Of a stretch of 64,000 nt of DNA, positions 10,081 through 19,144 are shown one piece after another. Under the pieces are notes generated by a model, which was not told where the DNA came from, made no database searches, and worked only from the letters and a program-made list of their open reading frames with translations. The stretch is from an uncultured Azospirillum sp. (GTDB lineage: Bacteria; Pseudomonadota; Alphaproteobacteria; RF32; CAG-239), in contig UQAB01000008.1 in NCBI GenBank assembly GCA_900538765.1, forward strand, positions 481 to 64,480, read 5' to 3'. Every line of letters starts with the position of its first letter. Positions within the stretch are counted from its first letter, which is position 1. Position numbers and translations under genes: made by a program.

Positions 10081-10290
10081 AAAACAAAACCCGCGCTAAT
10101 AAAGGCGGGCGGATGTTCGAAAACCGAGTATCGTTTCGGCTCAGCGCTTTCGTGCTATGCCTTATTACGCCGACATCCGTCCGATGACAGAGGTCGGCAT
10201 ATTTAATTTAAGTCGCTATGCGAAACGACTACGATACGAGGGTTTTCGAAGCCCTGAGCATTGTTCTTTTCTACGGAACAACGCCTGAAC
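10081..10290 (-). ncRNA. Candidate structured leader RNA or sRNA, copy 1 (unassigned family)
   Basis: It is the reverse-complement homolog of 38660..38881, with conserved blocks, compensatory stem changes and its own terminator (CCCGC/GCGGG stem at 10090-10109 plus a T-run). Details are in the findings. Confidence 0.55.
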
Positions 10291-10396
10291 TTAAGTTAAC
10301 GGATTTTGAGTAATAAATCAAGTTAAAAACATTGTGTCGCACCTCACTGAACTTGATTAAGAAAACAAAGGGTTTAGGCTTTCCGTTTATTTAATG

Positions 10397-10822
10397 TTAT
10401 CTCCTGCTTTGCGCCGCGGCTTTTGAGGCAACCCGTAAGGCGAAATCAATGTCAATTTTTCCGTTTTTATCCAAAAATTGATTGGTTTGTAATTTGTTTA
10501 AGTCGTTAGGAATCTGTTTTTCTTTTGAAGATTTTTTATCTTGCTCAGATTGCGGCTGGGTGTTTTTTTCACTTTCTTTGCGTTCTGCTTCATATAAATT
10601 GAAAAAGGCTTTTTTAGCTTCCGGTAAAATATTTTTTGTATCTTTGACTTTGTCTTTCAGCCATTTTTCAAATTCATCAGGGAATTCATTATTATTTTCA
10701 GGTAAAGTCCCGTTTTCCTTTTCTTTAAGATATAGCTGCATAAATGCGATTTTAGCTTCAGGTAAAATATGTTTGGCGTCTGTCACTTTTGTTTCGAGCC
10801 ATTCATTAAAACTTATAGTCAT
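10397..10822 (-). CDS. Hypothetical protein with an internal duplication
   Basis: Two copies of a WL..KV.D.K.ILPEAK.AF..LY module are followed by a Lys/Ser/Gln-rich tail. The gene is visibly AT-rich. Confidence 0.5.
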   Translation of the reverse strand: MTISFNEWLETKVTDAKHILPEAKIAFMQLYLKEKENGTLPENNNEFPDEFEKWLKDKVKDTKNILPEAKKAFFNLYEAERKESEKNTQPQSEQDKKSSKEKQIPNDLNKLQTNQFLDKNGKIDIDFALRVASKAAAQSRR

Positions 10823-10824
10823 AA

Positions 10825-11247
10825 TTATCGTCCTCCTAAATGTTTTTTTAGCGATGCAAGTTTTACTGACAAGTCGGGATTGTCTTGCTTTTCTTTTGAT
10901 GCATGATTAACTTTGTCACGTTCGTTTAAACAACGGCTCATTCCAATACCGGCAATATAACTTTTTCTGTCAACTTCCCCTTTGTATACGGGAGCATATT
11001 GCTGCATGATTTTTTGTTTGAAGTTTGCGTCGTTTGACATTTTGTGAGCGCAAATGTAGATTTCGTCTGTGTGCATTTCTTCATCAAAAGATATGTGGGC
11101 ATTAGTATTAGAAAGATTTTCAAAAATACTTTTTTGCATCACAATATCTGCTTCTAATTGTGCGGCCCTTTTTTCGCCTTCATTTAAAGAGAGGTAATCA
11201 TTTTCAAAAAAATCCTTGGCCTCTCCCGGAAACATCATATATCCCAT
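10825..11247 (-). CDS. Hypothetical protein
   Basis: I chose the ATG at 11247 because GGAGG lies 9 nt upstream. The longer ORF from 11307 has no RBS. Confidence 0.5.
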   Translation of the reverse strand: MGYMMFPGEAKDFFENDYLSLNEGEKRAAQLEADIVMQKSIFENLSNTNAHISFDEEMHTDEIYICAHKMSNDANFKQKIMQQYAPVYKGEVDRKSYIAGIGMSRCLNERDKVNHASKEKQDNPDLSVKLASLKKHLGGR

Positions 11248-11435
11248 AGGGTTATTCCTCCATATTATTGTTTTACAATTGTAATTATACAATAAAATAC
11301 AATGCAAATCAATAAATATTTTAACAGGATAGACAAAAAACAGCCGTATGTATATATCTGATTTTTATATTGAGTCTGTTGGACAATATGTATATTATCA
11401 ACGCAGTAAAACGTTTTATTGAGATTTTATAAAAA

Positions 11436-14400
11436 ATGGCGGCACCAAAATTTGTACATTTGCGGGTTCATACCGCGTATTCTCTGTCTGAGGGCGCAAT
11501 TCAGGTTCCCAAGCTGATTCATAAGCTTCATGACTTGGGGATAGGCGCCGTTGCCTTGACGGATACGGCCAATATGTTTGGCGGCAAAGCCATTTCCAAA
11601 TATGCCAAAGACGAAGGGATTAAGCCGATTCTCGGCTGCCAGTTCTATTTTCGCAATCCTGATGCCGATGATGTGCTGAAAAGCAAGGGACGGACTGTCG
11701 AGCCTGATAAAATCGTGCTTTTGGTTATGAACGCCAAAGGCTATGAAAATATTATGCACCTGATGAAGCGTTCATATTTGGACAATCCGCAGCCGACGGA
11801 AAAGCCTCAGCTTAAGTTGTCGGATTTGGAAGAACTGAATGAAGGTCTTATCTGCCTGACCGGCGGTGTCGAAGGGCAGATTGGTCGCCTGCTGCTTGAA
11901 AACCGTAAACCGGAAGCGGATGCCCTGACTGTCCGGTTAAAAGAAATTTTCGGCAACCGGCTGTATATGGAGATAATGCGTATCGGCTTGGAAACCGAAG
12001 CCAAAACCGAAGATGATTTTGTGGATTTGGCCTATAAATATGACATCCCGCTGGTTGCGACAAATGAAGCCTTTTTCTTTGATACGGATATGTACGAGGC
12101 GCATGATGCCCTGATTTGTATTGCGGCCGGAGAATATGTCGCCAATGAAAACCGCAAGAAATTTTCGCCGAATAACCGCCTGAAATCAGCCGAAGAAATG
12201 GCTGAGCTGTTCAGCGATATGCCGGAAGCCATCGAAAATACGGTGAAAATCGCCATGCGCTGTAATTTTCTTTCTGCCAAGGTTGATCCGCTGCTGCCTA
12301 TCTTTATCTGCCCGGACGACATGAGCCAGGATGAGTATATTGATTATGCTGCCCGCAAAGGTCTTGACGAACATATGCATGACTTTGTATATCGCGATGA
12401 TATGACGCCGGAAGAGCGTTTGGAAATAGACAAGCGTTATTATGAACGTTTGGAGTATGAACTCAGCGTTATCAAAAAAATGGGCTTTCCCGGCTATTTC
12501 CTGATCGTATCGGACTTCATTCAATGGTCTAAAAATAACGGTGTTCCCGTCGGCCCGGGGCGTGGTTCTGGTGCGGGGTCTATTGTCGCCTGGGCATTGA
12601 AGGTTACGGAACTGGACCCGATGAAGTTGGACTTGCTGTTTGAACGCTTCCTGAACCCCGAACGCGTTAACATGCCTGACTTTGACGTCGACTTCTGCCA
12701 GGAAAACCGTTACAAGACGATTGAATATGTGCAGAATAAATATGGCTTTGACCATGTGGCGCAGATTATCACCTATGGCAAGCTGCAAGCCAAAAACGTT
12801 ATCCGCGACGTGGCGCGCGTTTTGCAGATGCCCTATGCGCAGGCCGATAAAATTTCAAAAATGATTCCCCCCGGCGTTCAGGGTAAAAACCCTACCTTGC
12901 AGGAGTCTTTGGACCAGGTGCCGGAATTGGAAGAAATGCGCGTCAACGACCCGCAGATTAACAAGCTGTTTGACATCGGCATGAAGCTTGAAGGCCTGTA
13001 CCGCCAGTCCGGCATGCACGCCGCCGGCGTTGTTATCGGTGACCGCCCGCTTGACCAGCTTGTGCCGCTGTATAAAGATCCTAAGTCCGATATGCCGGTG
13101 ACGCAGTATGACATGAAATATGTTGAAGAAACCGGCCTGATTAAGTTTGACTTTTTGGGGTTGAAGACCCTGACCGTCATCAAGCGCGCCGTTGACTGGA
13201 TTAAGAAAACCCGCGGCGAAGATTTGATTATTGAAAAGGTTCCTTTGGATGATAAGGAAACCTATGAGATGTTGCAACGCGGCGATACCGTTGCCGTCTT
13301 CCAGTTCGAATCTGACGGTATGAAAGACGTTCACCGCCAGATTAAGCCTGACCGCTTTGAAGATTTGGTCGCTATCGTGTCCCTGTATCGTCCGGGGCCG
13401 ATGGACAATATTCCGACTTACATCAAACGCAAGCACGGCGAAGAGCAGATTACCTATCTCCACCCGTCTTTGGCGCCGATTCTCGATGAAACCTACGGAA
13501 TTATGGTTTATCAGGAACAGGTTATGAAAATCGCCCAGGTTTTGGGCGGCTATACCATGGGCGGCGCGGATAAGCTGCGTAAGGTTATGGGTAAAAAAAT
13601 GCGCGACGAAATTCCAAAGCAGCGCAAAATGTTTACCGAGGGCGCCGTCAAAAACGGCATTGAAGAAGGAACCGCAGCAGCTATCTTTGACCAGATGGAG
13701 AAATTTGCGTCATACGGCTTTAACAAATCGCACGCGGCGGCTTATTCCCTGATTTCTTATCGTACCGCTTATCTCAAGGCACATTATCCGATTGAGTTCA
13801 TGTGCGCGGTTATGTCTCTGGATATTACCAATACCGACAAGCTCCAGTTCTTCAAGGAAGAAGTGAAAAAAATGGGGCGCAAGGTGTTGAAGCCGGACAT
13901 TAACAAATCCGGTTCCGATTTCGTGGTTGAAGACAATCATGTCCGTTACGCGCTGGGCGCCATTAAAGGTGTTGGAGAGGCCAATATGCGGTCGATTGTT
14001 GCCGAGCGGGAAGCGCATGGGCCGTATAAAGATATGTCAGATTTCATTCACCGGACGGATGCCAAGCAAATCAACCGTCGCCAGATGGAACAGCTGATTA
14101 AGGCCGGCGCCTTTGACTGTCTGGAGAAGAACCGCGGCAAGCTGTTTGCCAATGTTGAGCTGATTATGCGCCATATTTATTCATCAACCGAAATGAAAAA
14201 CAGCGAGCAGACTTCCCTGTTCGGAACTGAGGAGCTGACGTCCAAGGTCAAGCTGGCCGACAAACCGGATTGGCCGGAGTTGGAAAAGCTGCGTTTGGAA
14301 GCAGAGGCCATCGGTTTTTATTTGTCCGCACATCCTTTGGACAGCTACGGCAAGGGGATGGAAAAATTGGGAATTAAAAGCAGCGTCGAAGTCTTCCGCA

Positions 14401-14909
14401 ATATCAAGGCCGGAGATACGATTCGCGCCAAATTGGCCGGCTGTGTTACCAGTTTCCAGAAACGCATCAGTAAATCCGGCAACAAATATGCCTTTTTGGG
14501 GCTTTCCGATACCAGCGGCAGTTTTGAGGGGCTGTTGTTTTCGGAGGCGATGGTCCGCTATGAAGATGTCATCAATTCCGGGTTGCCGCTGTATGTCAGC
14601 GTAACGATTGACAAGCAAAGCGAAGATGCCAATCCCCGGGCAATGATTAATGTCGTCGAAACTCTGGACAAGGCTGTTTCCGAAGTGTCAAACGGTCTGA
14701 TAATCAACGTCAACAACGCCGAAGCCGTCAGCGGGCTGAAAGATATTTTGGGACATGATAGAAATGGCAAAAATAAGATTTATATTGTGCCTGATAACGA
14801 TGAATGGGATATCCGCATTGAATTGCCGGGCGGTTTTGCTTTTGCCGACAGTGATTTTCTGAGCCGTATCCGCAGTATTCCCGGCGTAACCTCGATTAAG
14901 GAGATATAA
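11436..14909 (+). CDS. dnaE: DNA polymerase III alpha subunit
   Basis: A 1157-aa protein with a PHP domain (HLRVHTAYSLSEGA), a polymerase core (GRGSGAGSIVAW, DFDVDF), HhH and an OB-fold C-terminus. Confidence 0.95.
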   Translation: MAAPKFVHLRVHTAYSLSEGAIQVPKLIHKLHDLGIGAVALTDTANMFGGKAISKYAKDEGIKPILGCQFYFRNPDADDVLKSKGRTVEPDKIVLLVMNAKGYENIMHLMKRSYLDNPQPTEKPQLKLSDLEELNEGLICLTGGVEGQIGRLLLENRKPEADALTVRLKEIFGNRLYMEIMRIGLETEAKTEDDFVDLAYKYDIPLVATNEAFFFDTDMYEAHDALICIAAGEYVANENRKKFSPNNRLKSAEEMAELFSDMPEAIENTVKIAMRCNFLSAKVDPLLPIFICPDDMSQDEYIDYAARKGLDEHMHDFVYRDDMTPEERLEIDKRYYERLEYELSVIKKMGFPGYFLIVSDFIQWSKNNGVPVGPGRGSGAGSIVAWALKVTELDPMKLDLLFERFLNPERVNMPDFDVDFCQENRYKTIEYVQNKYGFDHVAQIITYGKLQAKNVIRDVARVLQMPYAQADKISKMIPPGVQGKNPTLQESLDQVPELEEMRVNDPQINKLFDIGMKLEGLYRQSGMHAAGVVIGDRPLDQLVPLYKDPKSDMPVTQYDMKYVEETGLIKFDFLGLKTLTVIKRAVDWIKKTRGEDLIIEKVPLDDKETYEMLQRGDTVAVFQFESDGMKDVHRQIKPDRFEDLVAIVSLYRPGPMDNIPTYIKRKHGEEQITYLHPSLAPILDETYGIMVYQEQVMKIAQVLGGYTMGGADKLRKVMGKKMRDEIPKQRKMFTEGAVKNGIEEGTAAAIFDQMEKFASYGFNKSHAAAYSLISYRTAYLKAHYPIEFMCAVMSLDITNTDKLQFFKEEVKKMGRKVLKPDINKSGSDFVVEDNHVRYALGAIKGVGEANMRSIVAEREAHGPYKDMSDFIHRTDAKQINRRQMEQLIKAGAFDCLEKNRGKLFANVELIMRHIYSSTEMKNSEQTSLFGTEELTSKVKLADKPDWPELEKLRLEAEAIGFYLSAHPLDSYGKGMEKLGIKSSVEVFRNIKAGDTIRAKLAGCVTSFQKRISKSGNKYAFLGLSDTSGSFEGLLFSEAMVRYEDVINSGLPLYVSVTIDKQSEDANPRAMINVVETLDKAVSEVSNGLIINVNNAEAVSGLKDILGHDRNGKNKIYIVPDNDEWDIRIELPGGFAFADSDFLSRIRSIPGVTSIKEI

Positions 14910-14913
14910 GCTT

Positions 14914-15804
14914 ATGTCTTTGCGCGAAAAACTTGATGATTTTTATACCAAATATATTTTAGGTGTGGGCGAAAAAAAGGAAGATGAGGCTCTTGTCAGT
15001 ATTCCGCTGGGGATAATCATTTTTTCTCCCTGGGGAATTATGATAGAAAAATTGCGCCCATTCATGCGTTTTGCCGTAATTTTTGCCGTGCTTTTGTCTT
15101 TGGTGTCTATGGCCGGCGGCGGCGCTTATGTCTGCCGTTTTAACAACGAGAACCTGAGTGTCGGTTTTTATTGCCGGAGCGGTCTGTTTGCCTATTTTGC
15201 CGATATTTTGCTGTATTGGGGCGGCTTGTCTTTTTTTGCGGTTGCCTGGCGGCAGGTCTTGGTCGGCAATCCCTTCTCCTTGAAGCAGGTGTTTTCTTCC
15301 GTTCGCGCCGGCGCAAAGTTCTTTTTCCTGAGCCTGGCGTTTCTTTTGGCCGGGATAATCCCCTTGCTTTCCCTGTTTATTTTATATATCAGGGTGCCCA
15401 ATCCCGATTGGCGGATAGAAGTGGCGTTTTTTGCCGTTGTTTCTCTGGGCTTTTTTGTGCCGTTTATCGTCGTACGTTTTCTGTCACTTGTGCCTTTTGC
15501 CTTAAATAATGAAAAAATGCCCCGCTTATGGCAGGTATGGCAGCGCAGCCGCGGCAATATGCTGCGCATCTTAAGCTCCCTCTTTTTGCTCCTTGTCGGA
15601 ATTATCTTCTTTTCAAGCGGCTTCTGGCAGAACTTTCAAGGCATTGCCGGAAACATAAATCTTTATGCCGCTTCGGTTATCGAATTCCTGTATAATTTTT
15701 TCAGCCTGTTTTTTATGGCCGTCTTTCTCAACCACTGCTTTATTCAAAAGAAGTTTCTTTTTGACGAGCAGCCGGGCGGTGATGAACAGGCGGCTAACGG
15801 TTAA
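14914..15804 (+). CDS. Polytopic membrane protein, unknown function
   Basis: There are 6 or more hydrophobic segments. The start is 4 nt after the dnaE stop. Confidence 0.55.
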   Translation: MSLREKLDDFYTKYILGVGEKKEDEALVSIPLGIIIFSPWGIMIEKLRPFMRFAVIFAVLLSLVSMAGGGAYVCRFNNENLSVGFYCRSGLFAYFADILLYWGGLSFFAVAWRQVLVGNPFSLKQVFSSVRAGAKFFFLSLAFLLAGIIPLLSLFILYIRVPNPDWRIEVAFFAVVSLGFFVPFIVVRFLSLVPFALNNEKMPRLWQVWQRSRGNMLRILSSLFLLLVGIIFFSSGFWQNFQGIAGNINLYAASVIEFLYNFFSLFFMAVFLNHCFIQKKFLFDEQPGGDEQAANG

Positions 15805-16573
15805 AATAGTCTGTCGTTGTCTTTTTGACCGTTTCCAGATAATGCTTGGATGATTTCGGCGAGCCGTGATAAGCCAGAGAAAAACTGGTAACCAGAAAGC
15901 CGAACGGGTTGGCAATGGCATCTTCGCGGCTTTTGAACGGAATTGTTGTAAAACCGATTCTCAACGTTGCCCGCCAGAAATTGACAATCGGGAAATTATA
16001 CTCCGGCAGATAATCCAACGTTTTGAATTGAACCAGCCACAAACCGCGCGACAACGGACGTGTCCACTCTATTTCCACATCGCGACGCAACCCTTTTTCC
16101 CGGAACTGCATCACATTATAGGCGATGTCGTTCTTGGCAAAATCCTCATAAACCGGAGAGCTTGAATACCAGTAAATCGTTGAACCGCGTCCCCAGCGGC
16201 TGATGAGTTCGTCATAATCTGAAGAAATCAAAAAACGCAGCATGATATATTCGTTGATGTGCTGTTCTGCGACCAAATCGCCAACCGGCATTCTGACTTC
16301 GGCCGGTTGAACCTGCTCCAGCTGGCTAAAGTATTTGTTAATCTGAAAAAGCTGGGGAGCAACACTGCGCTGCGGTAACAGAACATAAATCGTACTGGCC
16401 AGCATCATATTAATGCAAATGCTTAAACAGGCGCAGATAACCAATACGCGTGACGTCCACAGGTAACGCCTCTCCGGCATGGCGTTGATATGGACGCGTT
16501 CGGGATAATAGCCGAGCCGGTCGGGGCTTTCTTTTTCACGATATTTAAAAATGGTATGAAAAATATCCAGCAT
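15794..16573 (-). CDS. VirB8-like (NTF2-fold T4SS inner-membrane component-like) protein
   Basis: The layout is bitopic: a cytoplasmic N-terminus, one TM segment (VLVICACLSICINMMLASTIYVLL), then PQRSVAPQLFQIN, which resembles PLK..PY.VRVN of VirB8. The C-terminus has NPFGFLVTSFSL, matching the VirB8 NPLGF.VTSY signature. Confidence 0.55.
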   Translation of the reverse strand: MLDIFHTIFKYREKESPDRLGYYPERVHINAMPERRYLWTSRVLVICACLSICINMMLASTIYVLLPQRSVAPQLFQINKYFSQLEQVQPAEVRMPVGDLVAEQHINEYIMLRFLISSDYDELISRWGRGSTIYWYSSSPVYEDFAKNDIAYNVMQFREKGLRRDVEIEWTRPLSRGLWLVQFKTLDYLPEYNFPIVNFWRATLRIGFTTIPFKSREDAIANPFGFLVTSFSLAYHGSPKSSKHYLETVKKTTTDYFNR

Positions 16574-16713
16574 TGTCGCTATTTCCTCATATAAATATGC
16601 TTTTTCATTAATATTTTTACATGAAAGTTGAATAAAAGCAAATAAATACTACCCATGTTGAATTTATTGATATAAATATATAACATACAAAAAGTGTATA
16701 AAGGGTTTAGATT

Positions 16714-18699
16714 ATGAACAAAAAGCTTTTATCAGTTCTGGCCGCATTCGGTATCTTAATATCTTGTTCCTACCAACAGGAGGCGTATACGCCCCATCCT
16801 GAGGCCGAAGCCGTGAAAGAGCAGTTAAAAGACCGGCGTCTGGGGCAGGAAACCGAAAAGCAGCCGGGAATAAAAAAAGCCCGCAAACCGGCACCGGGAC
16901 CCGTGTCGGCTTATTATTCCGACTGGGATGCAGCAGTGCGTGTCGATGTCGACTTGCAAAATATGTATCAGGCGACGCCGAGCAAAATCGAAAAGCCGAT
17001 AGATATGTATATGGCAATGGCCTTGGCCTTAAAATATAACTATACCCGCCGTTTGGCCTCTTATCAGCAAAGCCTGCTGGAAGCCGGAACGGTTCCTTAT
17101 GGCAAGTTTCCCGAAATCCTGACGCAGGCCGGTTATTTGAATGCGCCGAACTCTGAGCATTTGAACTCTGATTTGAAAGTCGCCTGGAATGTCTTGGATA
17201 TGTCTTCGATTTACTATCAGGTTAATGATAAAAAATATCAGGCAAATGTTTCTTTTGAAGAAAGCCGCAAAGTTATTCACAATATTTTGCAGGAAACCCG
17301 CAATTTGTACTGGAAAACGCTGGCCGCGCAAAGGCTTATCCCGATACTGGATGAAATGATTGAAAATTTAACCCTGCAGGTTGATGAGATTAATTCTCAG
17401 GCCAAACAATATGCCGCAGAAGGCAAAAGCCTGTCAACCGAGGAGCTGGTCAGCAAACGTAAATATATGGATGCCATAAAGAAGGCTTCTGAACTGAAAC
17501 GCGAAATGGAAGATTCTGAAACCAAACTGGCTTCTTTCATGGGCTTCCACCCGTCAACGCAATATCATCTGGTCGGTTCCGAATATGGCAATTTTGCGAT
17601 TCCCGATATCAAAGGCAATCTGTCTGACTTGGAATGGCTGGCGCTGACCAACCGTCCGGAATTAAAAGTCTATGATATCGGCATTAATATTAATAATCTC
17701 AAAATTCAGGTGAAAGACTTGGCTGATCCGGGGATTAATAAATATAAAAAAGATCCGAATTACTATAACAAATTGTGGTCTAAAAAAGCGCGTGAAGTCA
17801 GTATGAGCGTTTTTGAAGACAACACCAAACAGGTTAATCAGACTGACTTCATTGCTTTGCGCCGTCAACGGATAACAGCGATTGTTCTCAGCCAGGTATA
17901 TGTCGCCTGGGCGCAGTATATGTCTGCGGTTGAAGATTATGAAATCAATATGGAAATCGCCAACACGTCAGAAAACATCGCGGAAGACGTTACGATACAA
18001 AACGGCAGCTTTGCCGAAAAAAGCAAGCTTGAAGCCGCCCGCGCCATTGACGACGAAACCAAGGCTTTCTTGGCTTATGCCGATGTTCAGGACGCTTTGG
18101 GCAATCTTTATGCTTCTTTGGGGCTGGATGCACTGCCTTATTATATGTTGAGTGAAAAACCGTCAAGCATAGCGCTGTATTTGCGCGATGTTATGGAAAA
18201 ATGGCGTGACGGCGAGTTTCTGCCGGATAACCGTCCGTATCTGTTGGCGGTTCCGACCAAACGCCCGCCGGTTAATATGACGTCGCCGGATTTGGTGCCG
18301 GATATCGAAGTGCAGGCCGGCGAACGCTTTAATGTCACTTTGCCGCATGCCGTCTTTGACCGTTTGAATCTGAAAGGGCGTATTACGACGAAAGCCGGCT
18401 TGGTTGATGACAGCGCGTTGCCGAAATGGATTACTTATGACGAAGATTCTTATACTGTAAGCGGTGTGGGAATGCCTTCGGATGTCGGCGAGTATAATGT
18501 TAAGATTTATGTTGCCGATGAAACCGGAAATGTGGGCTACATAACATTCAAAATTAAAGTTAATGAATATTATGTTCCGTCAATGAATGTTCGCGGTGCC
18601 GGAAAAGGCAGCAAGGCGGAAGTGCTGAAACGCTGTACCGGGCCGGATTGCTCTGATGCTTATATGTATGAAAGCAAAACAGAACTGGAACCTTTTTAA
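16714..18699 (+). CDS. Lipoprotein with a TolC/OMF-like helical-repeat region fused to a C-terminal Ig/cadherin-like domain
   Basis: The lipobox is GILISC. OMF-like repeats include LEWLALTNRPELKV and AQRLIPILDEMIENL. The C-terminus ALPKWITYDEDSYTVSGVGMPSDVGEYNVKIYVADETGNVGYITFKIKV looks like a bacterial Ig-like domain. Confidence 0.5.
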   Translation: MNKKLLSVLAAFGILISCSYQQEAYTPHPEAEAVKEQLKDRRLGQETEKQPGIKKARKPAPGPVSAYYSDWDAAVRVDVDLQNMYQATPSKIEKPIDMYMAMALALKYNYTRRLASYQQSLLEAGTVPYGKFPEILTQAGYLNAPNSEHLNSDLKVAWNVLDMSSIYYQVNDKKYQANVSFEESRKVIHNILQETRNLYWKTLAAQRLIPILDEMIENLTLQVDEINSQAKQYAAEGKSLSTEELVSKRKYMDAIKKASELKREMEDSETKLASFMGFHPSTQYHLVGSEYGNFAIPDIKGNLSDLEWLALTNRPELKVYDIGININNLKIQVKDLADPGINKYKKDPNYYNKLWSKKAREVSMSVFEDNTKQVNQTDFIALRRQRITAIVLSQVYVAWAQYMSAVEDYEINMEIANTSENIAEDVTIQNGSFAEKSKLEAARAIDDETKAFLAYADVQDALGNLYASLGLDALPYYMLSEKPSSIALYLRDVMEKWRDGEFLPDNRPYLLAVPTKRPPVNMTSPDLVPDIEVQAGERFNVTLPHAVFDRLNLKGRITTKAGLVDDSALPKWITYDEDSYTVSGVGMPSDVGEYNVKIYVADETGNVGYITFKIKVNEYYVPSMNVRGAGKGSKAEVLKRCTGPDCSDAYMYESKTELEPF

Positions 18700-18706
18700 T
18701 AGTAAC

Positions 18707-18735
18707 AAAAGCCGGGATATTTTCCCGGTTTTTAT
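18707..18735 (+). terminator. Intrinsic terminator
   Basis: The stem CCGGGA/TCCCGG is followed by TTTTT. Confidence 0.8.
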
Positions 18736-18886
18736 TTGAAGCCAAAATTAATTAAGGATAGACTCAATTCTACAAGTAAAATTTGATATTCATTATCAAG
18801 TTCCTTTGTTGGCAATCATCTTCTTAAAGTGCAAAAGGTAAAAAAAATAAAGAGCTTTCTGATGAACAGGTATAATGTGAAAGCTT

Positions 18887-18997
18887 TGTGGATTCTGTGG
18901 AAAACATGTGGATAGCAGAAATATTAGAAAATAACGTAAGTAGCTGAAATTTAATAAAAAAATAAAATATTTTTTTTCGTTAACAAACTTATCCACC
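18887..18997. promoter_or_regulatory. Cluster of DnaA-box-like 9-mers in an AT-rich spacer
   Basis: TGTGGATTC (18887-18895), TGTGGAAAA (18896-18904) and TGTGGATAG (18907-18915) are direct repeats. TTATCCACC (18989-18997) is in the inverted orientation. The consensus is TTATCCACA. Confidence 0.35.
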
Positions 18998-19144
18998 TAT
19001 GTAAAAATAAAATATCCAAGTTTTAGAGTAAGATAGCCGAGTCAAGAGGAAAAATACAACTTTTATCTCTTGTTCTGAAATTATATTCAGGCAATATATA
19101 AGCCATAAAAACAACTCCGGTTAATCAATTAAAAAAATTGTGCA

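Noticed and set aside
18796-18996. 66-aa ORF in the AT-rich spacer upstream of nrdD
   Set aside because: It has no RBS, and its composition is driven by A/T tracts. It also overlaps the DnaA-box cluster.
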